Shown piece by piece: positions 25,272 through 36,899 of a stretch of DNA of 64,000 bases. Position 1 is the stretch's first letter. Every line of letters begins with the position of its first letter. A program made the position numbers and the translations under genes. The notes under the pieces are model-generated. The model had not been told where the DNA came from and made no database searches. It was given only the letters and a program-made list of their open reading frames with translations. This DNA comes from Lepidodermella squamata (Eukaryota > Animalia > Gastrotricha): positions 2,108,001-2,172,000 of the forward strand of contig JBLDXI010000032.1 in the NCBI GenBank assembly GCA_047495785.1, given 5' to 3'.

Positions 25272-26220
25272 CAGTATGGGGCATAAATATTGAGCCGACT
25301 TCATTTATTCAAAGCGCGTTCATTTCGGCTCCGATTCTCACATACCTTATACGTTGGAAAGCCCATAAAAAATAGTTCAATCCCTTGAACCTGCGCTCAT
25401 GGGATCCAGACCTAATCCAAGTTATAGAAAGTTTAAGAAGTCGAGCTGATCGCACAAAAATCACCATCTTTCGAAAATTTAAATTATAGTTTTCGTACAT
25501 ATCAAAGGTAAATTCTGGAAGGTAGCTAAACCCTAAATCCAAACCCTAAAAAATTGACGCATCACTACCCCGGCCTGGTCCAGGCATCTCTGGCAATGAA
25601 TTGGGACATTGATATGTGCCCCATTGCGACACGATGATAAGATAAAGAGAAGGTATACAATATAGGCACACACCCCCAATATTGGCCAAATAAGCGAGAC
25701 CCCAGTCCAGTGATGAAGAGCAGATTGATCATTTTTCACTCAGAGGGTTAGAAGTCAACTTCAAAAATTGATTCGAAAACTTTGGCACGAAATAAAGCCT
25801 ACGACAACACATAGCAAGCTCGCTAAAAAGTGAAAAAGCTAACGCTTGTTATCCGTAGCATGCTTGCGCAAGTTTATGCTGCCAGAGAATGTGGCGGCTA
25901 ATGACCTTTTTCGTCAGATTCATGGGTATTTGGGTCATTTTATAGCTAGCCTAGTTGAATTAGGGACTTTTTAGAGCTCAATGGAGCTCAAAACTCCCTT
26001 AGTTATACAATAAATTTACGTGTTTTTGAGCAACCAGCTCGACTTCCTAAACTTTCTATAACTTGGATTAGGTCTGGATAACATGAGCGAAAGTTTAGGG
26101 GAATTAACTATTTTTTATGGGCTTTCCAACGGTATAAGGTATATGTGAGAATCGGAGCCGAAAGCCGAAATGAACGCGCTGTGAATAAATGAAGTCGGCT
26201 CAACATTTATGCCCCATACT
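25272..26220. mobile_element. Tc1/mariner-like non-autonomous element with ~180-bp TIRs
   Basis: Starts TA|CAGTATGGGGCATAAAT; inverted copy ends at 26220 followed by TA; TIR identity extends through ctaatccaagttatagaaagttta. Confidence 0.85.
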
Positions 26221-26725
26221 TATTTGGCTCAATTCCCGGCCCCCTTATTTTCGTGCGGCCCCCAACATTGGGTAAGCATTGAGGGAAAAAATGGACTTAT
26301 GCGCGAGCGCTAAGTCAACAATTTTCACAATTTCACAGCCGCGCGGGCTTATGTCAAGGCTAGTTTTGACTTATCGAGCGGTTTTTATGCCAAAGGTTTT
26401 TCGTGAATCTTAAGTTTCGAGGGGCAAGTGCGAGCGCTCTCACTCGGCGCGCCAAATCTAATGTGCGCGTAAAACTATTTCCCATTATTTTCTTTCACAC
26501 GAGAACGCAATATTCAATCGATAGAGAATTGTCTGAATTAATTTTTGGTAAAAAATAACCGACGCGATATTGGAAAGTAATCCTTTCGCGCGGTCTTTAA
26601 TTCGTTAAAAATCATGACTCTGAAAATTTAACCTTGTGCGACTAATGCGCGCTGGCTAAGTCATGATTTTTAACGAATTTAAGACCGCGCGCGCGAAACA
26701 AAGGGGGCCCGGAATTGAGCAAATA
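26221..26725. mobile_element. MITE with short TIRs and internal hairpin
   Basis: gctcaattcccggccccctt vs aagggggcccggaattgagc; internal inverted repeat 26587-26693. Confidence 0.6.
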
Positions 26726-27540
26726 TATGTCGTAGTCTACTGAGCCATTTAGTTGAATTGAGAATCCAACTGGTTTTTTCCAATTTGCGCAAAAACCTAG
26801 TTTAATATCTTGTAATAATGGATCCTATATAATGGATAACAGTTTTAAAAAATTGGATCCCATGCCAAACATTTGAATCAAATGTCAAACTAATATGCGA
26901 TTCGGCGAAAATCAGGGACCCCAAAGCCCATGGAAATGATGTCGAATATTTTTTCCACTGAAGTTAGATAATTCGGCCATGAAAGGGTTAACCTTCGCAG
27001 CGCGATGAAATCTTTCTGTTAGCGATAAAATAGTATCAATATTTGCTAGTAAAGAATAGTCACGTGCTCTCCCGTATTCATCGAATCTTCTAGTAGAATG
27101 GGGCGATTTGGCGGCTATGCCGTTTTATCTATTTTAGGCAAGTCGCCCACCCCGCGATATTATACTAATACATCTCACTTCGTTTTCGACTTGTAACGAA
27201 ACGGAACAAACACATCTAACGGCTCTCTGCACACTTTCTTGATACTTGCACCTAATTTTCCAAGTCTAGCCCTCAACAATGGGACCAATGCTTATTAAAA
27301 AAATAAATAAATATGGTGCAGTTTTCACCGCTCGCCGCTAACCGCCTGATTTTCGACTATTACGATAATGAAAAGCTAACGCGATGATAATGATATTAAG
27401 AGAAATGCCTTATTTCAAAATAATGTTGATGAATAGTGTGAAATTATTCCAATAGTGCAAAGGGAAGTCAGTAAGTAAAAAGTAAACAGTACGCTAGTTA
27501 CCGAAATACTAACCCAGGCTTAGTGGAGCTTACTAACCGA

Positions 27541-27965
27541 GGGGGAGCAAGTGGTCGAGCGGTCCAAGCACCTCACTGGCGGCGAAGAGGCACGGGTTCA
27601 ATCCCCAGAACCGCAACACCAATCATTCTTCTACGCATTGAATGCGGCGTTTCTGGGACCGTAAATCAAGCTGACAGGAAGACGTGTCGCCGACTACGGA
27701 GCCAAGGGCACAATCCTCGAGTGCGTACCTGCTGGTAACACCGCCAAGCAATTCCACCCGAGACCGCGGTTTCCTCCCTCCCGGTGTAGGACGCCATTCA
27801 CCGGCAATCAAGATATGGCTACTCAGTACGCAAAGCCTGGGGACCATGGTTCGACCATCAACCATGGGAATAGTTGACTCATAAGCCTTGTGATGATGTC
27901 TGATACCAAATGCTAAATGTCGAAAGGCAACTTGCATAAATAAAGAGTATGAGTATGAGTATGAG
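27541..27965 (+). mobile_element. tRNA-derived SINE
   Basis: Pol III A box tggtcgagcgg and B box ggttcaatcc in a tRNA-like head, GC-rich body, aataaa then (gagtat)3 tail. Confidence 0.75.
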
Positions 27966-28150
27966 GCTTATACGAAAATAAATATATACGAAAATACTAA
28001 CCAGACTGATACGAAAATGATACGTCGAAAAATGAGGAAAAGTAGGCTGAAGTAGGAAAAGTAGTAAAGAATAGTCACATTCTATCCTGTTTTCATCACA
28101 TCTTCGAATGAAATGGGGCAAATGAAATAGATCGGTCTCTATTAGGCATG

Positions 28151-28431
28151 AGTAGTTATAGGTATCGGGACTATAGGTACACCTAAAAATTCTTCATAAA
28201 AATAAAATATTTGTCTCCAATCATATCACAGCTCGCAATTTTTCACCGTAAAACCTATCTTCTGCGTATCGATCAAACACCGCCCGAAACGCATTTTTTC
28301 GCCGTTTAGACCACCCTAAAAGCCAAAAAATAATTTTTCAAAAATAAATTTTCATTTTTTCGAAAAATTGATTGTTGCTGTTATTTTTATGAAGAATTTT
28401 AGGGTTACCTATAGTCCCGATACCTATTACT
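28151..28431. mobile_element. MITE with ~45-bp TIRs
   Basis: ataggtatcgggactataggta...aaaattcttcataaaaataa inverted at 28381-28426. Confidence 0.75.
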
Positions 28432-29139
28432 ATTGGCATGCCGGCAATAATGCTTTTCCGTTTCACACCTAGAAGTAAAACCAAAAAGGCAAATTGTATG
28501 CATCTTCTCCTAGATCCTATAAATATAATACAAATAATCAGCCAACGTGAGTGAAACGAGCTGTGGTTGTCATATTTTGCACAGGAAATGGTATAGTGGT
28601 TTCAAAATTTCGCACAATAGTCGCACAATAACTAATATATTATTTATATATATTATTATTAATATATTATTAATTCCTAGTTCCTAAATCGTGTCGCTAA
28701 GATATCGCGTGTAGGGCAGAACGACTTGCCTGAAATAGAAACAATGGCTCAGAAAAAATGATGCGTAGAAATAACTGGCGCTCAGCTATCTTGCGACCGA
28801 CTTGGCGAGTGGCGGATATGACATATTTTCTATTTTAGGCAAGTCGTTCTGTCGCCCACCCAGCGATATAGAGTCGTTACTGCTTACCACTTGATTCTCG
28901 TCTATTAAGATGATAAAAAGCTATCACGATTATAATGATATTTATTAGGTACTTATGATTTTAAAATAATCTTGATCGTGTGCGTGAAATTATTCCAATA
29001 CTGCCAAAAATGAGTTTAATGAGTAAATAGCACGCTAGAACTTTATAACCAATCGGATTAGTGAAAGTAGCCTGCCCTTCTAATCCTGTAAATATCGATT
29101 TACGAATACAAAAGATGATGATAACAATGATAATGACTC

Positions 29140-29552
29140 CAACGATTAGCTAACAACAGTTAACTATCGCCGATTTTATGCCGATGTTTATTAAGAATAA
29201 CGAAGAACTACTATGATTGCATTTTGTTGCCAGTTTGTTTGCCTACATCCTTTTCGAACACAATTTTATGGAATTTTGAGCACAGACTAGACCTATCATT
29301 TGCTGAAAACCGCATAAAAAAATTCATCGTATTTGTGGAGCAATCGAAAAATTTCGGGGAAATAAATGTGCGTGCCATCGCTATTATTTTGCTTGTGCGC
29401 GCAGGGCATTTTATTGAAGGTGTGCGGGTCAAGTGCGCGAGTGCGCGGCTTCAGACGGACGGACAGACGGACGGACGGACCGACGGACGGACGGACAGAC
29501 GGACGGACAGGCAATTTTGACTGTATAGTACCGGGTTTCACCCGGCATATAA
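29140..29552 (-). mobile_element. DINE-1/HINE-like (Helentron-associated) non-autonomous element
   Basis: On minus strand: TT + terminal hairpin ccgggtgaaacccgg followed by (GTCC/GTCT)n microsatellite (29452-29510), and a second stem-loop at ~29142-29169; this is the DINE-1 layout. Left boundary approximate. Confidence 0.6.
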
Positions 29553-29773
29553 AGTCGTTATCTAAAATAATTTTTTAATTCATTTAATTAAAAAAATAAT
29601 TTTCTCAATTTTCAATTTTCAAAATAATTTTTTTTAATTAAATGAATAAAAAATTATTTTATCTAACGACGTTTATATTCCGGTATTACTATACTACTAA
29701 AATAAATAAAAACAAATATTTGAAAATTCTTATATATTTTATTTTTGTTTCTAAAAAATCCTTATATATTTTT

Positions 29774-30871
29774 GAATTATACTTTATCCCGCAGCAAATT
29801 CCTTTTTTCCGCAGCAAATTACTTTTTTCCGCAGCAATTCTTTTTTTCCGCAGGAACGACTCTTTTCCGCAGTAAAAACAACTTTTTTTCGCAGCAAAAT
29901 TAAAAAATCGCATTTTAATTAGGAAATGAGGGAAAGCTATTAGAAAACACTTTTATTGCAACAATCAAACAGAAAACGTTAATGAGCCAGCAAGTATGAA
30001 CCAGCAAGTCATTTGCGACCAAGGGCTTTGTAGTGTCCCCGATATTCAACAGGTTTAATGTTGTTTTGCGACCACGAATAGAGTTTTTCGGCTTGAACAG
30101 CAATACATCCGAACCATCACAGAATGTAAGCAAGGAGACTTTTTTTGCGCCGAATTTGCATGTACAAGTTGTACCTTCATCGGTCAATGCGATCAGGAAA
30201 ACGTTTTCAAGCGACCAGCGATACTCATCGAAGTTCTTGCACGAGCCATAGCGACGCCGCTCTTGCATATCCATCGGGAACGGCCGGGGTAGTGGCGACA
30301 TAGAGATTAGCTTCCAACTTGAAAACTTGGACTTCTTGAATTCTGCCCGCGATCGAGCCAATTGCAGCGCCCTCAAGTTGACAGCAATTCGCTTATACAG
30401 TTTCGGCCTTCGTTCAAAGTTTCAAAATGTCTCACTACGCCATGCGATCCAACATATCGTTAGCGGCGTTAAAAAACTCGGATTCAGGCTTGTTTACATC
30501 CGTTTCAATGTCACAGGTGACAAGTAAAAAGCGGTTTTTTCAACGTGAATGAAGAGGCAAAACAAAATACTTTTTACTTGTCGCCTATCACCTTGAAATG
30601 GAAGTAAATCTGAGGCCTAAATCCGAGTTATTCAACGTAGCTATCGATATTTCACCCTCCAAGCAATAGCGAGTGCCAAACATCACATGTTTTTCCTTCT
30701 TCCCTTCATTTTTACAATTAAAATTACGGAATTATATTTTATTAATTTTGCTGCGAAAAAAAGTTGTTTTTACTGCGGAAAAGAGTCGTTCCTGCGGAAA
30801 AAAAGAATTGCTGCGGAAAAAAGTTATTTGCTGCGGAAAAAAGGAATTTGCTGCGGAAAGAAGTGTCGTCC
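29774..30871. mobile_element. MULE deletion derivative with ~130-bp repeat-built TIRs and transposase 3' remnant
   Basis: ttccgcagca-type repeats inverted at both ends; 8-bp TSD atattttt; internal minus-strand CTCKFGAKK/SPCLH SWIM-like motif. Confidence 0.85.
30040..30390 (-). pseudogene. SWIM zinc-finger-containing transposase C-terminal fragment, frameshifted
   Basis: FDEYRWSLENVFLIALTDEGTTCTCKFGAKK then SPCLHSVMV after removing one A from an A7 run (CxC-x7-CxH). Confidence 0.6.
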
Positions 30872-31320
30872 ATATTTTTTTTATTTTTTTTCAAACAAAT
30901 ATTTTATATTTTATTTCAACGAAAAATAAAAAATAAAATAAAATATAAAATAAAATTGTTAAATTAAAAAATAGAAATAAAATTATTTACAAAATATTTT
31001 TATTTTTTTTTTATAAATATTTTCTTTTTTAAATAAAATTATTTATTTATTTATTTTAAACGTACTCCGACAACTGAGACCACGACAACTCAGATCCGAC
31101 AACTGAGACCGGACAACCGAGACCAAAATATAAATAAATAATTTTATTTTCGCTAACCGAGACACCGACAACCGAGACCAAATAATTCGATTTAATAATT
31201 AATTAAATCTCGGACAACCGAGACTCCGACAACCGAGACACCGACAACTGAGACCAAATAATTATAATAAATTAAATTTACAAAGGAATGGCTTACTCAC
31301 ATATACTTTACGTTCTAAGG

Positions 31321-31362
31321 TTAGGGTTAGGGTTAGGGTTAGGGTTAGGGTTAGGGTTAGGG
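31321..31362 (+). repeat. Interstitial (TTAGGG)7 telomere-like tract
   Basis: Seven perfect TTAGGG units followed by degenerate ttgggg/ctgggt. Confidence 0.97.
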
Positions 31363-31464
31363 TTGGGGCTGGGTTGGTGTCTCAATATGCTGAATATGCT
31401 CAATAATCGGCTTCAATTTATGCTTTTATTAAAAATTTAATTTATTATAATTATTTGGTCTCAG

Positions 31465-32151
31465 GGCTCTACGACAATTTAGCAATACAAAGATAAAATC
31501 CGACATTTTTTCTGCGACATTTAATCAAAACAAAATAAAAAACGACATTATATAAAACTTTAAACTAGGGCCGACAATTTGGCAATCTTAATTAGGCAAA
31601 GTCATTTTAAAATAAATATTCATATGATTTTATTTATGTAGCAGCACCGACTTCAACAAAGTCACGTAGGTACAAAATTGGAAATCAGCAGCGACAAAAT
31701 TTAGGTTTTTTTGATAATGAGTGAACCGACAAATCAGCGATAGGGGAACGGTTAGGTATGGTGAAGGTGGGTATGATAGAGGTACATGGTGCTGCCGTGG
31801 GTGCTACCGTAGATCGGTCAGTTTTAGCATTGGCCACTCCGGGTCAAAGGCGACAAATGACTGCCTAAACCCTAAACAGCGTAGTTACATTCGTTCGATC
31901 TTCTAATTTCATCACTTCTGCTCAATTTTTGCACGTAAAGTTAGAATTGTTTTTTTGCGGAAATGGTGGTGAAATTAGTTACTTTTGAAAAAGTCACACA
32001 GAGATTTTGTCGTCGCTGGATTGTCGTTCTCATTATTTCGCTCAAAATATAATGTAATGTAATCAAGGCGATTTTTTAAATTTTGTCGGAATTATTCGTG
32101 CTTAGCCAAATTGTCGTTTCATAAATTATTTTGCTAGATTGTCGTAACGCG
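31465..32151. mobile_element. Nested MULE-type MITE
   Basis: Termini GGCTCTACGAC...GTCGTAACGCG, cgacaa subterminal repeats, 8-bp TSD ggtctcag. Confidence 0.9.
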
Positions 32152-32642
32152 GGTCTCAGTTGTCGGTGTCTCGGTTGTCGGAGTCTCGGTTGTCCGAGAT
32201 TTAATTAATTATTAAATCGAATTATTTGGTCTCGGTTGTCGGGTGTGGCGACAAATCCGTGCGCGACTTTTGCGTCCGTATACTTTGCGCCCCGACAATT
32301 ACGTCCAACGACATTCTAGCCCCACAAACTGAGCGACTTATCCGCCCGCGACATGTTGGTCCTAATTGTGTTAATTTAGGCGACAATTTAGCTAGCGTCA
32401 CTTCCGACGGCGACAAAAGCGCTATGTATAAATTATGAACTATATTTATTTACGACATTATAGCTGGCGACTTTATAGCTGGCGACATAATAGCCAAGTG
32501 ATTCCAAAGAGTAAAGCGAAGTTACAGCGAAAGCATAGCATATAGCATAAGATTCTATTGAATTAGTTAGCATTAGGATAATATATTATAGGGGCTAATG
32601 AATGACGGTTAGTTTAACTTGAAATTTTTGCGCATGTCAATT

Positions 32643-35465
32643 TTATTGCGGCGGGTTTGGCCCATCGTCGGCGTCATCGACGTTGTCCGTACGAATGGAG
32701 CGACAAATGTCGACCAAATAATCAACCAGTTGTTGGTCGCTGTAGGCGTGGCCCTCCTGTTCGTACCGAGTGACGAGACGCATGAGAGCGGCATCGATTT
32801 GCGTGTAAGCGGCATTGCGAGATCGCTGGACCGGAGCTCCAGATCGGAATAAGGCCATCGTATGAGCCGCCCAGCTGGCCTCGTTCCGTAGCCTTTCGAC
32901 GAATAAGAAAAACTGGGGGTGGACGCCGAGTGTGGCTTGGATTGCGTAATGCCAGCCCTCCAGGCTAGCATCTGAGCGCGGCAAACGTTGTCTAAAAGAC
33001 AGAGATAGAAGCAAGGGACAGATTGGAGCAAATTAACCATACCTAACTCGGTCGAATTGATTCCATTCTCCAATTCGGTATCGAGGGTTGTGGTATCCAT
33101 GGCGATGATATCCAATAAAATTACGCCTAAAATAGTCATACAGGTCGGCAAGTCTGGGGAACTCGCCAATTAAGGTAGCGATGCGATCATCGAGGACATC
33201 GAAGGCTTCCGCAACTCGATTGGTTGGAAGAAATGCTAGGGCCATCAATAGGCGGACAGCTTGACGCAGCTCGGGCGAGCGGTTGTAAGCACGGCAAAGG
33301 CGGTATTTGCGAACCTACGTTTGGTATATTACAATAATAATATTAGTTACTTCATTATTTTCATCTGAAATACCTTTCTAATGAGGCACTGGCACAAGTG
33401 AAAAAAGCATCCTTTCACATCGACGTTACCAAAGGTAGCTGAAACTGACTCGCGGCTCGCTTTTTCGAAATCCATTATAATGGAATAGCTGTTGTAGGAT
33501 AAGACAATATTTATAGCGAATAATAAGAAAAAAATTAGCAGAATACCTCTCGTCCTCAGGCGACAGGACATTGGCTGCAGCGAGCAAAGCCAAAACGGCG
33601 GCAAAGAACCGGTCATATGTTGCCCTGCTCTTGTTTACCAGCAAGCCGAAAATTGCAGGCACGCAAAGGCCCAACCTCAAGATTATATGGATGGTGAAGA
33701 GTTGCAAAAATAGGCTAGGCACCACCTTGAAAGTGCCATCTGCAGCGAGATGGCGATGCGAGTGAAGCCAAGAGATGCTGCGCCTTGTACCAAAGATGAA
33801 AAACCTCTCCGGATCATCCCGCCCAGAGTCGTGGAGGACGAAAGGCTCGTCAGCGTGAGTAACAGATAGCTCAGGAGGCACAGTGATGTTACCTATTGAA
33901 TTGGGTGCGTTGCACGCGGAGACTCGGCTTTGTCGCCTTGCTCTTTGCGCCATCCTTAGTTGGGCTGCTCGACTTGACATTCGCAGCAAAGCTTCTTCTG
34001 GCATTCCAAGTGTTTCACTTTGAAGTACACATCTCGTTCGCTCGCTGGTAACACTTGCGCGGCGCTAACAATGAAAATGATTAAGGTTAAAATTTTAAGA
34101 AACATTGCGCATGGAGTTGCACTCACTCGAATTTGATTAGATGCTTGATGAGCTAGTAGGTCTTCTGCGGTTGGTATCGGGTGATTGTGTTTCTGATCGT
34201 CTTGATCTGGCATCGGTCGCTGCGATTCATCACACCGAATTCGAGCTTGACATTCGCCAGTAGATTTGCCTTCGTTGCATCGCCACGATGACGTGCCGTT
34301 AGACAAATCGCGATGGTAACGGTATCGGCATCGGCCAAACACGACAAGAGGTCGGCCACGGTTAGATGTCAAGCGTTCCGGAACTTCCCAAACGCGCGTC
34401 GTAGTAGGTGGAAGCAATTCATCAGTCTGGGGGGCGTTGGGTCGCGAAGGCCTGTGGACTGATCGGACAAGAGGAATGGCTGAGCTTGAAGATCGCGGCC
34501 TAGCTTGACGAGTGTGCTGCGTTCGATTCTCATCTTCCTCTGACGATGATGAGTACCTGCGCTCACGTGATGGCAACTGAAACTGCCGGGGAGCAGAAAC
34601 TTCGCTAGAATCGTCCTGAAGCTGAAATCGAAGCAGATCATTGACAGCGTCATCTAAAAACACGAAACTCGAAGTAAGAAATATGTGAGATTCCAAGTAT
34701 AAAATTACCGTTAGCAAACACGTCTTCGTCAGATAGGCCGCCCATCGCTTGATTAAGAAGATGATCTTCATTGCGACGAGTTGTAGTGGTAACTTGGGCA
34801 GCAGCACCACTGGCTTCATTTTCCCGGTTGGGAAGGGTGACTTGGGTAACCCGCGGTAAGGGCATCGGCTCCAATTCAGGCAGATCGTCATCGGAGTCGG
34901 TGGATAGGCGCAGTGTCCGAGCACGTCGGCGTATCGGCGAATGGTCAGCTACTTGAGTAGGGCCAGTTGATTCGAATCGTCTCCGTCTGGGCTGTGTAAG
35001 AATGTCTTCGCGAGGAACGCGGGGCGGTCGACCCCTGCCACGACTTCCTCTCGGACGACCGCGACCACGACCAGTTCCGCGGGCTGGTAACGGAAGGGAA
35101 TTAGGCATGGGTGGAGGCGGAGGCGAAGGCGGGCGAGCTCCGTCATCGTCCTTGAAGTCGGAGCCTGAATCTGACTCGTCATTCATTAAATGCAGCTTTA
35201 CTATCTCTCTTGAAAACAGAAAGAACACACTGTGTTGATACTAATTGAAAACCGAGAACTAATACTTACCGCGTCATGATGATCCGACGGCAAAGCGGAC
35301 ACTTCTTCGAAGCCGGAACTTCGTTGAATTCCAGTTCAAGATCAGACCCGTTGTACGACCGGAGCCATTGCTTGAGACACCGTTTACAGAAAAGGTGCCC
35401 ACACTGTAGGACTCGTGGATGTCGGGCGGTCTCGCGGCATATCAGGCACTCGAGGAAGTTACGGT
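32643..35465 (-). CDS. RING-HC + AT-hook + FLYWCH + MULE DDE transposase (7 exons, 5' end missing)
   Basis: In-phase exons give CLIC..CGHLFCKRC..CPLC (RING), GRGRPR hooks, YRY..WRC..C.A...HNH (FLYWCH), DGTF, MDFE, CFFHLCQ, LEGWH. No ATG upstream of RING before an in-frame stop in the TIR. Confidence 0.85.
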
Positions 35466-35953
35466 AATTTATTATAATTATTTGGTCTCAGTTGTCGGTG
35501 TCTCGGTTGTCGGAGTCTCGGTTGTCCGAGATTTAATTAATTATTAAATCGAATTATTTGGTCTCGGTTGTCGGTGTCTCGGTTAGCGAAAATAAAATTA
35601 TTTATTTATATTTTGGTCTCGGTTGTCCGGTCTCAGTTGTCGTTTTCTCGGTTGTCGGGTCTCAGTTGTCGTAGAACCATTTTAAAATTTATTATCAATA
35701 TTATTTCAGAAAAAAGTTTATTTTCTCATCTATTTATTTCACAATCCATTAGCTTGTATCCATTTTATTATTTCGTTGCGTTGGTGCATTATCCTTGTCT
35801 TATCGTTCTTTGCGTGGTGGGAAGATAAACTAAGCACATGATCAGATTCATTTCATACCTATACCCATATAAGGCAATGTAGCTTTTTCTGTAATTTGTT
35901 TCTTTTGTTAGTTATTTTAACTTTCATATATTTTTTCAGTCATAGTTAAAATT

Positions 35954-36528
35954 ATGTTCAAGTTTTTTGATGTCACGGTTTTGAACCCTTTGACATGGGG
36001 AAGGAGAATAATCAACAATGTAGATGCTGCCATGCATGACCAAAATGAAGGAATTTGGCTTGGCAAAAAACCGCTTAAAGATTGTGGCATTGGTGTCACC
36101 ATAGCACCGGGCTTTGATTTATTTCATTGGGCAATACTCATCGATGGACAGCTTTACGAAGTCAGAGTTGACAAAGCAAACGGTAGGTATCTATTAATGT
36201 CCATGGCGACAACTACCCCACTATTCGGTATATCTGAATTATTTCGAATTTTCCAGGCGAATACGATACAACTTGTGACCAAACCTACATTGGTAAATTC
36301 AAATGGGTACGGCTGACCCGAACTTGTATACGAACAAAAGCTGAGCTTATCGACAAATGTGAAAGGTCGACGAAGAAATACGCTCTTGTGCCGTATGAAC
36401 TTGGAATGTTGAATGACAAAATGAACTGTCAACAATTTGTTCACATGCTCTATGGCTATGCTGCTGGTATAACAGTATTTAAAGCTACTTGTGAAACCAA
36501 CATTATTTCTGGCAATGCTTTGTTCTAA
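35954..36528 (+). CDS. Permuted papain-fold (PPPDE/LRAT-like NlpC/P60) protein, 166 aa, 2 exons
   Basis: Exons 35954-36182 and 36257-36528 in phase; HWAILIDGQLYE (catalytic His) precedes NCQQFV (catalytic Cys). Confidence 0.75.
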
Positions 36529-36899
36529 TACCTGATGTAATATATATACGATGGTTGTTAAGCGAATAATAACGATACCTTAATGATAGCTACCTGATGA
36601 CTAGCTTGATGGATGGATACTATCTCGGACAGTTAGATTAAGACTCTTTGCTTCGCCCTATATAAACCATCGTCTCTAATATAATACGTTGCTGCTAACA
36701 ACGCTCTGCTGAAAATAGTTCCCACTTTTAATAGCCGCCAGTTACTGAATTTTTTGGATTCAGTTAATCAGTGGATTAACTGCAAGGTTTAATCGTTTGA
36801 ATAGTGCGATGAGAGATGTGTAAAAATAAAGTAAAACGATGAGAGATGCGTAAAATAATGCTCGCTATTTCCATGAGGTATTAATCCCGCTAATATGTC

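Larger units (their letters stand above)
27040..29040 (+). repeat. Old local tandem duplication interrupted by later insertions
   Basis: tagtaaagaatagtcac (27047, 28063), ctattttaggcaagtcg (27129, 28830) and gtgaaattattccaata (27438, 28984) each occur twice in the same order. Confidence 0.65.
31061..35678. mobile_element. Composite MULE element (4.6 kb) with ~210-bp TIRs
   Basis: Arms made of gacaac(t/c)gagac repeats at 31061-31275 and inverted at 35465-35678; 8-bp TSD attttaaa; contains telomeric tract, nested MITE and transposase gene. Confidence 0.9.

Noticed and set aside
27541-27620. Functional tRNA gene
   Set aside because: A/B boxes present but no acceptor stem or terminator; continues into SINE body.
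30434-30674. CACTA-type nested MITE
   Set aside because: Inverted repeat is real but degenerate and no TSD supports the superfamily call.
29642-30967. Lys/Phe-rich ORFs in the track
   Set aside because: Translations of the repeat-built TIRs and AT-rich flanks.
31321-31362. True chromosome end or telomere fusion
   Set aside because: Only 7 units, single orientation, embedded between transposon arms.
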